This document shows positions 1-12,832 of a stretch of DNA of 64,000 bases, one piece after another; the stretch's first letter is position 1; the number at the start of each line of letters is the position of its first letter. Position numbers and translations under genes: made by a program. Under the pieces are notes generated by a model. The model saw only the letters and a list, made by a program, of their open reading frames with translations, was not told the origin of the DNA and did not search any database. The stretch lies in assembly GCA_048013815.1 (NCBI GenBank), contig CM106586.1, positions 2,108,001-2,172,000 on the forward strand, written 5' to 3'. Source of the DNA: Setoptus koraiensis. Lineage: Eukaryota > Animalia > Arthropoda.

Positions 1-1140
1 GGAATCGGTCGCTACAATATCAGCAACTCAAATGTTGTTTCGAATCTGTTGCCAAACTTAACACAAAGTGATTTGTCCTCAATGATCAACGGAACTGTGC
101 CCATGATAGTGACAGACCTCTTTGCAAATATGCAAAATTTGACCGAGCTGAACGAATTATCTGATCTATCATCTGAAATATCAGGTAATAGCGAAGATGA
201 AATCATTGCGGAGGCCGAGAGATTGTTCAAAATATGGATTGAGGTAGAAATCAAAAGATACAAACTGATGGGCACAGCAGCTACGTACTTCCGTCGCTCA
301 GGTTTGACACTATTTAGGAGAATTGTTGTTCGTTATATGAGAATTGTATCGAGATTTTCAGGCAACATGTTGAATAATATAAGGTATGGCAATATTTTGG
401 CTTTAGATACGACAGAGAAAATCATAGTTTTCTTATTGAAAAATTATCTTGACCGCACCAATGGATTGATGAGAATTATTGGCGATCAAGTTTCACTTGT
501 TGGTAAATCTATTGATTCCACTGGACAATCTATGAAAAACATGACTCTGAACCCAATAGAGATAGCTTCAAAAGTCCTTGATAGTTTACCTGATCCGTCC
601 AGATATTCCAACTATTTCCGTAACTTGACAAACCGAGCCACGAGTCAATCATCTGATGGAAGTTCTTCGTCATCTGTCAATGGTTACAGCGGATTGCTTT
701 CATCGTGGTCATCTGGAAGCGGCCAAAACGGATTGCTCTCATCTTTGACATCGTCATTATGGGGCAATGAGGACAATGAACAACAATCTTCTGATTCAAC
801 AGGTGACGATGGTTACTTCACTGAAACCAAGGTTACCGTCCATAGAATACCGTCTGACGGTTCAGAAGATCAAGTCAACTCTTACAGCTACACATCCAGA
901 CCTAGATATACAAGCAGTGGATTCGGCAGTCTAACATCAACGGACAATAATGATGGAGCTAACGATGATGGCAAGAATGACAACAGCCAATCATCATCAT
1001 TTTGGTTCCAAACATACAAAACTGGTAATGATCAACAAGATTCAACAACAACGAGCAAGCCGAGAGAAGGATTGCTAGGTAACTTGTTTGGTAGAAGTTC
1101 AGATAATTTAGTAGGCAAACTAGGCCTCTGGGGACGCTGA
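1..1140 (+). CDS. Secreted-type orphan protein, tandem paralog A (5' end lies upstream of the window); helical core plus Ser/Gly/Asp/Asn-rich tail
   Basis: Frame is open from base 1 (GIGRYNISNSNVVSNLLPNL...) to TGA at 1138-1140. Core is near-identical to the spliced, signal-peptide-bearing paralog at 2636-3975 (offset 3216). The 3' UTRs are also recognisably homologous. Confidence 0.8.
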   Translation, partial: GIGRYNISNSNVVSNLLPNLTQSDLSSMINGTVPMIVTDLFANMQNLTELNELSDLSSEISGNSEDEIIAEAERLFKIWIEVEIKRYKLMGTAATYFRRSGLTLFRRIVVRYMRIVSRFSGNMLNNIRYGNILALDTTEKIIVFLLKNYLDRTNGLMRIIGDQVSLVGKSIDSTGQSMKNMTLNPIEIASKVLDSLPDPSRYSNYFRNLTNRATSQSSDGSSSSSVNGYSGLLSSWSSGSGQNGLLSSLTSSLWGNEDNEQQSSDSTGDDGYFTETKVTVHRIPSDGSEDQVNSYSYTSRPRYTSSGFGSLTSTDNNDGANDDGKNDNSQSSSFWFQTYKTGNDQQDSTTTSKPREGLLGNLFGRSSDNLVGKLGLWGR

Positions 1141-2426
1141 GAATGGTACTAATTGGCTCTCGATGCGATCCATACATTTCTCAAGCATACAGTGCTGAAA
1201 ATATCTCTACTATTACAACAAGCTAATCCACTAATCGATTTCACTCATGTTATCATTGATACTGTAACCAATAATAGATGAGAGTTGATGTAATAATACG
1301 TGCTGCATAGTACAAAAAAAAAAATACTATAACTGATAATTTCTTTCTCCAATTCTGGCGAATAATTTGAGAATGAACCAAAACTAGAACTTCTGACTAA
1401 AATGAATCACAAACTGTTATAGTGACTGTCAAAATCATTTTACTATTTGAGACGCGTTATTTCTTACAACAATTTACTCATCGTGATGGCTCTTCTGTCG
1501 AAACTCTTTCGAAACTGACTAAAAATGTTGATCTAGCTAAATTTGAATATTATATAATCGATTAACATGAGTAACATTCAACATTGGATGCAACACTAGC
1601 GACAGAATCCCGATGTCATAAGATGTTTATAATCGCAGAGACAAATTTCCATGATGATACGTGTAGAATTATGCCCACGATGGTAAATGTTTCCGGACTA
1701 TTGTGCCTGTACATTAAGCCAAGATTATAAATATATTGTTTTAGTTACCAACATTATATCATTATAGCAATTAAGTGATTGATATCTGCTGTAAGCTAAC
1801 GCAGGATTCAGATATTATCCTCACTATTGAAAGAATTTTTATTGCATGCAAAAACTAGATTTTATGATATACTTGATAGCACTTGTAACTTTGTAAATAT
1901 AATATGGGAAACTCATATTCTATGTTTTCCCCTTCTTACCAACCACTTAGTACTTAGGTAGTAATTAACTAATTGATAATTGCGTCGAGACAGAGGAAAT
2001 CATTATCCAACTCGTTCATAAATGGTCTTGACTTCATATTCGATCTCTAGTGTCATCAATTTAGACACATTAGACATACAAAATTATTGTGGCTATAAAA
2101 TAGAGAACAGTCATGCGAACCCGGTGTATGAACATTCACGGGAAGTCATGGTGACCAGAATATCATCCTGTTTCTGGGGAGAAAGTATCTAAAGGCTGTG
2201 ATTGTGAGTCATTTTAAATGACTCACTTTGGATTGAGCCTAATAAATGCTTAATTAGTTGATTAGTGGTTGATGCACCAACGGCTATCAATAATATTATT
2301 TAATCTGGTGCTGTAATATGAACTATGAACTTGTGGTTGATTGATCAAAACAACGAAATAAACAATAACTACGCAAAAGATTAATGAATCTTATATTCTA
2401 TCACTGGATGTACTGCAATTTTTCGC

Positions 2427-2434
2427 TATATAAA
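2427..2434 (+). promoter_or_regulatory. Possible TATA box of paralog B
   Basis: TATATAAA about 200 bp upstream of ATG 2636, with an Inr-like TCATTC at 2464-2469. Spacing is slightly long and the DNA is AT-rich, so this is weak. Confidence 0.3.
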
Positions 2435-2635
2435 CATAGGCTGTGAATTTCTCGGTGTCGTTATCATTCAGAGCTCAGCAGAGACAAGTTATGACCATCA
2501 ATAATTTTTAACTCATCGATAACGAGTAGACAATTACGATGATAGTATAGTTTTCAGTCAATCGAACTAACATCTAAAACTAAAATTATCTACAATACAA
2601 AATCAACTACGAACCAAGACTTATTCACATATAAG

Positions 2636-3975
2636 ATGTCTATTTCTACCTGTTGGGCGATTTTGTTTTTGATAGTGTCGATTGGCACTGCCAGCCATGC
2701 TCAAGGTAAGCTACCATTGCGAATTTATCATTTAGAACTTCAAATCTAGTTGACAACTAGTGTTCCAAATATTCAACTCTCCTTTCTTTGTGCCAATCTA
2801 CTCTCGTGTCGAATCAATAATTTAAAATTATTTTCGAAGTTGGTCATTCTAATCAAGACTACTTGAAAAGGGTTGATTCTGACGGAGGATCAAGCTGCCT
2901 CTGTTCACAAGATACAAATTTGATCGTAGCCATTGAAGATCTATACCATTTGTCAACAAAGATAGGGCCAACTCCAGCAACAACAACAAGCTCTGCTGGG
3001 GATGATGCGTCGTCTGACCAAGACTCTCAAGACCCCAGCAATCAATCTCTATCAGGAGGACTACAAGGATCAGTCGATGGCCTATATGATTCTGATAGCA
3101 GAAACAGTTTAGAATTTGAATCAAGCCTATCAAATCTTTTTAGGGGACAGCACAGAGATGTCAACAACGATGAATCATCAACCAGCTATTTGAATGGTTT
3201 GTTCAATAACCTTGGAATCGGTCGCTTCAATACCGGCAACTTTAATGTTGGTTTAAATAATCTATTGCCAAATTTAACCCAAAGTGATTTGTCCTCAATT
3301 ATCAAAGGAACTGTGCCCATGATAGTGACAGACCTCTTTGCAAATATGCAAAATTTGACCGAGCTGAACGAATTATCTGATCTATCATCTGAAATATCAG
3401 GTAATAGCGAAGATGAAATCATTGCGGAGGCCGAGAGATTGTTCAAAATATGGATTGAGGTAGAAATCAAAAGATACAAACTGATGGGCACCACAGCTAC
3501 TTACTTCCGTCGCTCAGGTTTGACACTATTTAGGAGAATTGTTGTTCGTTATATGAGAATTGTATCGAGATTTTCAGGCAACATGTTGAATAATATAAGG
3601 TATGGCAATATTTTGGCTTTGGATGCTACAGAACAAATAATAGCTTTCCTATTAAAAAATTATCTCGACAGTACTAATGGGTTGATGAGAATAATTGGAG
3701 ATCAAGTTTCACGTGTTGGTAAATCTATTGATTCTGCTGGACAATCAATGAAAAACATGACTCTGAACCCAATGGAGATAGCTTCAAAAGTCCTTGATAG
3801 TTTACCTGATCCGTCCAGATATTCCAACTATTTCCGTAACTTGACAAACCGAGCCACGAGTCAATCATCTGATGGAAGTTCTTCAGATAATAATGAAACT
3901 GGTGATGAACAACAAGATTCAACAACAACAACGAGCGAACCAAGAGGAGGATTGCTAAAAAACTTGTTTGGTTAA
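2636..3975 (+). CDS. Secreted orphan protein, tandem paralog B; exons 2636-2705 and 2858-3975 (alternative in-frame acceptor at 2840); about 395-401 aa
   Basis: Exon 1 encodes a signal peptide (MSISTCWAILFLIVSIGTASHAQ) ending at CAAG|GTAAGC (phase 1). AG acceptors at 2838-2839 and 2856-2857 both splice in frame into the 370-aa ORF (DYLKRVDSD...). Paralogous to 1-1140. Confidence 0.8.
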
Positions 3976-6900
3976 AGTTCAGAAGACAATATAGGCTCTC
4001 GGGGACGCTAAAAATGTCAATCAGCTTTGAATGCAAACCATTCCCATTTCGAGCATGCAGTGCCAAAAATATCTTTTTATTACAACAAGCTAATCATAAG
4101 TACTGATCGACTTTACTGATGTTATTATTGCTATTGCTACCAATAGTAGATGAGGGTTAATGCAATAATATGTACTTCACAGTTCTTAAGGCACCAAATA
4201 ATAATCAAGAGGTCAATTCATCATAATTATGATAAGTTCAGCCCTAGCAAGAACTTTTTGTCTTCAGTTCAATTATACTTAAAGATAGCAAAGGTATCAT
4301 GTGAACTATTCTACTTATATTTTCTGATAGCACTATTGAGTCATCATTTCTCTGTAAATCTGTCGATCATGGTGAGTACTTAAGCAATAATTGAATTATA
4401 TTGGTTACTGTCATAGAAATCAACTATCCATGTTCGATATGTAACCTAATTAGTTATTAATGAATTGATTAGCCATTGAACACAATTCATTATCACTTCT
4501 ATCTTGTGGAGTGGAGAAAGCAAAACAAATCGAGACGCTATTGTTGCTGTAGTGTATAAAATATTACAATTGGTGACATTGTGAGTAGAAGTTTTCTGCA
4601 AAACAATTGAATGTATCAAATATCAGATAGACGATTGATACAATGTTCGTTAAAGCATTATTTGAACAGATATAAGCCAAATGATGTATATCATTATTTT
4701 GTTTCCAAGAGAAAATGTTGATATTGATCAAGTCACTCATTCCATGTCAAACAGTATTGTACAGGATTTTGGTAGATATCGTCACACTCATCATTTTTTT
4801 TTATTTCTATATATCTATTCCGACGTGTTACGACATAACCAGACCAAACTAACTAAAAAAATAGGATTTTTGTAGAAAAGGTTCCTGTTCCGGGTCTATT
4901 TTAGACCTTTTCTTGCTTCCCAGTCAGGTTGGAATCGGTGCCATCAGAAAGAGGGTCTATCTTGTTCGTGATTATTGTCATAATCAAATCTATCAAGTGT
5001 GACTTAATATTGGACTCGTAGGCGTGTCGTTTTAGTCAAAATTTATAATAAATAATTGCGATTCGACATGAACATTGTCGCAACGATATGATCATCTATA
5101 TGCTGCGACAGGTTGACTGTATTCTAATTAATATTAGCGTATTAAGTTTTACTGTAACTTGGTGATACAGTGTGGTATATTGGTACATTACACAATCATT
5201 ACAATGGATATATACCTCAAATGATCGAGCCATACTGACTTGGATGTTACCATTTTGACAAGCGACGAAAGTTTGATACATTTATTTAATAAAGATATAG
5301 TCAAAATGAAGTTTCCCTCTAAAATAATAGACATTTCAATTCATGGTATTTGTGATGACACTAAATCAAGGTAGTTGGTGAGCTTTCTTGTTGCAAACTA
5401 CACACCAATCCATAAAATCCACTGGCCTCTTTTGGCGCTTGCTGCATTTAGAACAAAGAAACTCTTCTTTGAAGATATATGAGCGTCTGTGTGAGTATCT
5501 GGACGAACGACATCCACAGCATTAATTATACTAGTAACAATATAATTGTAACACCAGTCGAAATTGATCTAATATTATTTGACACGAACAGAACAAGCGC
5601 GGGCCATGTTTGTGTTTAGAGTTCTTCTGGAATAAATTTAATGTGAAGAGATAGAAGAAACAAAAATTGATTCTAGAGCAATTATGAGGCGACACTGAAA
5701 TATAAGCAACGTTCAGCGATTAATGTAAGCTTTCTTGGTTGCTGTTGTTGCTGCTGATTAAATGAAAGAAAAGAAGAAGTAAGTGATTAACTTGTAAGTA
5801 ATTATGGGGTGCACATAGGGTCGTTTCGCTTTTCGCTGCATTTCGTGTGCGGCAATATGAACACACGAGGTAATCAAATTTGCTGTGATGGATTTCTTAG
5901 AATTGTTTTGCTTACATTCAAAATTAACTTGATCATCGTTTTGAGTATAATTCTGTTCAATAAGCTAAAAGAGTACATCTGACTTTTGAACTACACAGTC
6001 CGCTAAGTGCGTTATTAAATAAATGGCGAGTCACTTATTTACAACAAGTGAGTGATAAGTTTGGTGAGTTTGTTTCATCACATTGAAAAGCGAGCAAGCA
6101 TTCCATGATGTTTCAGAAAGAAAAGCGAACCTTTGGAATTGTGCGATTACTTATCAGATTGTAGAAAGCAAACACTACAAATTAACCAGGTTTTTGTCTA
6201 GTTGAATGAGACGAGCCCAATAGTTTTGTCGGGTCAGATATATACACCGGTATATATGTGTAGTTGTGAGTGAGTGCGGTATTGGTGTTGGCTGATTGAG
6301 ATTACTGACTGATAATTATATATGTGAGAATAGGATCAATTTTGATTTTATCATGACGCATTGTGTATTACGTATTTAGTAAATATTGTGCATTACTGAC
6401 TAGACAAAAACCAAGTCGAAGATGCAATGTTAGTTGGATGTGTTTATGTGGAAATTGTGTTTACCTCACAGAATTGTCATTAGCAATTCAGCAGTTGCTA
6501 GAATGCAGTTTGACAAAAAAGATGAGACACACAGGGAGAGAGATAGTAGTGTAACTTGAATGAATGTGGTTAGTGATTGAGTTGGATTCGCTAAACTCAA
6601 TAGGTCACTACTGTAACACCAATGTTAATGATAATAAGTTGCTTTTGGAACTAGTTGCGCAGCTAGTAGAGTTGATAAAGTTGAGGTGAATGACAGGATG
6701 GATCTGCCTCTATCTACCATCATTCAATGTGAACTTATCTGGCAAACTTTCTCTCTTGTTGACAGCAACTACAAATTACAATTTAGAAATATCAATCTTG
6801 ATTGAGGAAACCCGAGAAGCATTAAGTTTTTTGGTGTTGATTTGTCATAATGAAAAATAAATTAGCCAGGTCACAATATGAATAATTCTTGTTTAATAAA

Positions 6901-9360
6901 TATCTCATAATAAACAAGCTAGAAGAAATTATCATTACTAATAATGATAATTTTACACTTGATTATTTATCGAGCTACTTGTTGCTGGTACTTGATTGTA
7001 AATTTTATTTTTATTTCTGCACCGTCTAGAAATAAACACGGCGGGTGACACATATCAGTTAGTTAGCTAAAGCATCATCGAGATACTTCAATACTATTGA
7101 ATCAATAGTGGCCTATAATCATCAATATTCGGACACAACAATTACTACTCAAATGATTCCTATCTATCTATAATTGGTATAGCCAATTATTATTATAGCA
7201 TTATAATTTACATGACATTTAGGCTGGAAGTTTAACGAGTTAACAACTTTACAACAAGCTCTTTGTACCATCTTTATTTTTCGACAATTGGAGCTGATGT
7301 TGTTTTCAGCAATGGCAGCAAAGTCATGGAAAAGTTGACGTATTTTTATTTCATCGAGGTACCAGAGAATCAAAATATCAAAGCATCAGAGCACCAGCGA
7401 ACGACCAAATTGAATTGTAAGCTGACCAAATAAAAAGCAACAGTTATCAGCAGGTGTTGATCAAAATGAGCAATGTACAATTTTATCAGGCAAAGTATTT
7501 TCGTTCGTATCAACACCGACAACAGCTTTCGAATGGCTCATCTCTAGTTGATATTGCATGATAACGCATCTTATTGCCTTTCATCTCACTTCATTCCATT
7601 ACATTTTGTTGTATTTATTTTATTTTATTTATTTATTTTTTTCTTCATATCATCTTATCGCAATGCATCATCGTATCTCATCTTCTGCAAGATGTATACT
7701 TGGCTTTGGCTTAACTAAAAGTTTGCTCATGTTTGCGCAGATAACTCCTCACAGTGATGTTAGTAGTGTGTAAAGTGTGTAGTGCCGCTTGTACAACTAG
7801 CTCGACCCCTAATAATAATTGAGATACCTAGCTCACTCACAAGTCAGAGTGAACAACATTGAGTTAAGCTGAATTTAAGTTATGGCATCGCATCGCATCG
7901 CATCGCATCTCATCACAACTAATGTAAATGATTACTTGTGACTGTATGAAGTAACATTTTTAATGGTTATGATAATAAGCATAATGTCATCTAGTTGATA
8001 TTGTGAGCCAACGTAGACACAAACACACCAATAGAGAGATACGGATCCATAACTAGTGTGGCCCTAAATTGTAAGTCGCATCGAATCAGATCGAATCGCA
8101 TTGCGTTTTGTCGCGTCGAATCAAGAGTTGAGTTGAGTCGTATTGGGACTAGTCACTAGCTTAGTGTCGTCTATCCAAGATATACCATAAGTATACAGTC
8201 AAGTAAGAAAGGATGAATGAGCATTATATTATTGCACATAAACAACTTATATACAATACAATGATGTTAATGATGCAACACTGGTCCATTATCATCAATA
8301 GTAGTGTCGTTGTTTCTGAAGCAAAGTTCATATAGTTGTGTTAGGCATAAAATAAATAAATGCTACAAGATACTTTTGAACATTATGGCATGTTAAAAAG
8401 TATCTATGCAAATGTAAGATTAAAGATGCTACCACCAGATGGGGTGCACACAATGGAGACATGTGGTGATATATGGTGATATACGGTGATATATGGTGGT
8501 GATGGTCATAAAGGGTGTGTGTCCAAAATTGTGTTGGTCGTGTAACCAACTGATAGAGACCACATATCATGACTATGCAAACTGATGATGATTATGTATA
8601 ACAACAACACATAATAATGAACAAACTAATATTCAATAGACACAAGCTGCTAATAAAGATGATTGATTTCGCTGAATAACCTGTTGAGTTTAGTAAACAG
8701 TTGAGGGCACATTATACAACAACTATTACTAATGCTGTTAGCTTGCCATTGCTAATTGCATATACATAAAAATAACAAAAAAAGTAACAAGTTGTTTGAG
8801 TGTGTGTGTGTGTGTGAAAGAGTGAGAGCGATAGTTATGTAAAAACGTATGCATCTAGCAGCAGCAACTATTATTACATTATCATTATTACATTATAAGA
8901 AACTAAAAGTGGCTCCCTCTCTTTGTGATGGACAATATTACCAAATGATAAGCTGATGATAAGCTTCCTTGTTTGTGTGTGTGCAAAATATAAACATAAT
9001 TCAATGTGTTCGATTGTCAAGATTTTGTCGCACTTTACACTGTATATATGACGTTAATTAATAATAGCTACGCCAACAACGCCAACAACGCCAACAGCAA
9101 CAACACCAGCAAATACAACAAATATGCATTTTGCGCCTCTCCATTTACAAAGTGAATTTCTACATGTATTAGAGTATCAAAAATAATAATATTATATTAA
9201 CAGCAAGACATTGATGTAATTTTGCAAGAAATCTACGCATACACTTATTATGCTTGCCTGTACTCGGCTTATCCACACATTATTACTATCAACATTGCGC
9301 ATGTTCATTCGCAGATATACGACAAGTTCATCTGGCAAGCTAAAGTGTTTTTTACACACA

Positions 9361-9363
<3 letters not shown>

Positions 9364-9412
<49 letters not shown>
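9364..9412. repeat. (AC)n microsatellite
   Basis: About 24 perfect dinucleotide units; source of the spurious CVCVCV/HTHTHT ORFs. Confidence 0.95.
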
Positions 9413-9414
<2 letters not shown>

Positions 9415-12400
9415 GAACAGCATGAGATTAGTAGATCTCCCTCTCTCTTTCTTTCTATCTTTCTCTCACTGAGATCCAACGCATAGAACTCTCCAACAAT
9501 TATAACGATGAAGCTATTATACAGATAATATAAACAACAACAACAACAACAACAACAACCAACATTTGCAGCAAAAACAACAGCAACAACAACGACATCG
9601 ACAACATCAACAGCGGCAACAACAGTGATAAAATTCCATGATATGATCGATTGCCTTTTTCACAGTAACAATTAAGTTATAGGTATTTTTCGACAGAACG
9701 GCAAATTATGGAACATTCTTCTTTCGAAGCTCACAGATTAAGATAATTGACAACAAAGTTACAACCAACAGAATTGTGTTATAACTTGTAACAATCTAGT
9801 TTATCAATAAATCAAAATATTGCAAAAACTAAGCTAACTAACTTCATTTTGTGTCATTGTTAGTTTGCCTATCTACTCACAGAGTTGTATAGTCGTTGGT
9901 ATATTGGCATCACTTGCAAGTTGCAACCATACATATTGATTGCCTTTGGAATTATAAATATTACATCATCAGTAGATGAAATGATATCTGCAAGAATAAA
10001 GCAGAGAAATAAATATAAACAAATTGAACAATTTGAAATATTAGCAAGTAACAGCAAGTCTACTTCTATTGACAATCAGCAATTTTGACAATAATTCAAT
10101 TCAATGATACAACAATCATGATCAGTTGGATGACATTCAATTGTACGTGTTGCAACAAACAAACAAACTAACAAGCACATAGGTCAATAGGTACCAACGT
10201 TATTCTCACTTATCATTGCTATATTAAATCATTAGCATCACTATTGGTAGTATAATGGTAGTATAATATAGTTGTGTATTGTCAGAATATATGTAATAGC
10301 TACTTGTTGTTTAATTATTCCAATCAGATATGATTTCACATGATTTTTTCACAGTGTTTGTGTTTTGTCAGATGTCACATTAACGAACGAGTTGATTGGA
10401 TAAACTAAATTAGTCTTGTGGAGGGGTCACTTGTGAGCTCAAGACATATCAGATATGAAAATTGTTATTAGTGTATATACTATCACCATATATAAATATA
10501 GATGTTTGTGCGGAGAGATAGAGTATTGTTAATGGATTGTTGATCCAATAATATAATGATTGTTTGCCAGCAGCAGCACCAGCGGCAGTAGTAATAGCAA
10601 TAGCATAATTACTTAACCTAATGTCTCTCGCGCTCTTTATGATCTGCATCTATTAATTATTTATTAGTAGTTGAGCAGCATCGATTTGTATGGAGTTGTA
10701 CCAAGATAATCATTCACATAAAATCACAAGTTGATACAATTTAGGAGGGTGTTAGCATGTGAGTCCTTTGCAAACTGAAAAAGTAAGCTCACCAATCATC
10801 TCTATCAGTTAGATATATCTGCAAATATGAATGCGATTCTGTTCCATCTACAAGAGACGGGATCAGTTTGTTTTTTAGTCGAGAATACAATGGAGAGCTT
10901 ATGGTATTTTATATAAATATAAATATACATATATAAATATATAGATATTTATCCGACAAGCACTCATGAGCAAGTGTTTCGAGTTACTGATAAGTCTAGT
11001 AGAGTTTGTGTGTTCAGTTTCAATCTAGTTTATTCATCTCTCTGTCTCGCCAATTAAAACAAACTATATATCAATCGAAGAGAGAGAGAGAGAGAGTCCC
11101 ATAGCATACTTGAGAGACCAACAATAATGGCAATGGCGATAGTGATGGCAATGCAAAATGATAATGTACATGAGTTTTGCGTGAGGTGATAGAAAGATAG
11201 ACATTTTTCCTTTCCAAATCTACTGCAATCTTTACTAACAATAGTAACAAAATATGCCTGCTCAATTGTTTGTGATATATTACACATTATTGAATCATTA
11301 TCCAATCTACTAAAACCTCATTGGAGTAGCTATAATGATAATAATATTATTATTACTATGATTATTATTATTATTGTCATTAGAATGGTAGTGATACCGA
11401 ACAAGGGGAAAAGTAGTTTTTTTCTTCTTTTGCTGAAAAAAATCTATTTATCATACAGTGATGGCACCAGTACTATTGCTAGTAGTATAAGTCAGAGTTG
11501 TAAAACAATAGCAATATCATTCAATCAATTATTACGATATATATCTCCTTCTATTTCACGTAGATAACGCTTAAAATGTCACACTAGTAGTAGTTGTAGT
11601 AGTAGTTTTAGTAGTAGTAGCTCTTGTTATCGTTGCCACTACCATTGATGGCAACACTAACTCAACCTAGTATTAACTAATGATAAGCAATTTACTCTTA
11701 CTCAAAAAATTGATTAGCAAAAGGAGAGAGTGCAATAGTGAGAGATAATTTGTTTAGCTCTTTCCACCTGTTGGTCGACAACCATACAAACAACAAGCGG
11801 TGACTAGCATTAGAGTTATTATATTCTCAGTTATTAATCAAACAAATAACATTCGTGCTCGCCACAATAATCTTATTGAATCACACCCATTAGAAGGATA
11901 TTAAGTGGACCACAATATTTTGATTTCGTTTTTAGCAATCAATCAATAAAAAAGACGATGTTCTCTTTATTAAAGCAATATATTGCAGATAAATGATTAT
12001 ATAACGGCAATATCGAACAATATTTCCCCGCAGATCCACAAATGAGTGCAACCATTTTTCTAAAATATTTTGCAACTATTTTAATGTAACTTGGATGAGT
12101 TGCTCCGAAAAGAACCATTATTCTCTTCAAATACTGAACTACGTAAACTAAAAATATCTTTTACCTATTGCCTATTGTTCTATATTTATTCTGATATTTA
12201 CTAATTATAGAAGTAGATGTATTTTATACACAGACCAAAACAAATTCTCTGTATAAGCACTAGTATAGATTTATGAAACTATTGGTGGACAGGAAATAAG
12301 CTTAATGCTATCACACCTACCACTCAAACATACAAAGGACCCATTTATTTAGTACAAGAATCGCTAATACTGGCCCCGCTGTTATGTGATTTTTAGGTCT

Positions 12401-12832
12401 GAATAGCTCATCTTGTATATCAAATTTGCGACGCCATGATGATTACGTGACATGAAAGTAAATCCATCTCCTATCATAATATTATTACCGTATTGCAAAC
12501 TATTGCTTATTATTGCTCATTATTATCATTATTATTAACCACTACGTAAGCGTTGATGCCTAAACTAGTGTATTTATTTCATATCAGAATAACTTGGAGA
12601 CGGGATTGTCGTCCAGTTTAAATGAGACGATCATATTATATCATATTCGCAGGTTGACAATATCCAAAGTAACCAGACGAAATCACAGGGGAAAATCGAT
12701 AGATAGTTAAATCTACTCAAACCAAATCGCTAACAAAACACAATACAACAATTGAAATAAATAATCACTACCCTCAATTAGATACAAGATTAGATAATAT
12801 AATAATAAGATATTATAATAATAATATGCAAA

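Noticed and set aside
9192-9486. ORFs with CVCVCV/HTHTHT runs (also 26355-26640, 58289-58708 and similar)
   Set aside because: Translations of (CA)n microsatellites with no coding signal.
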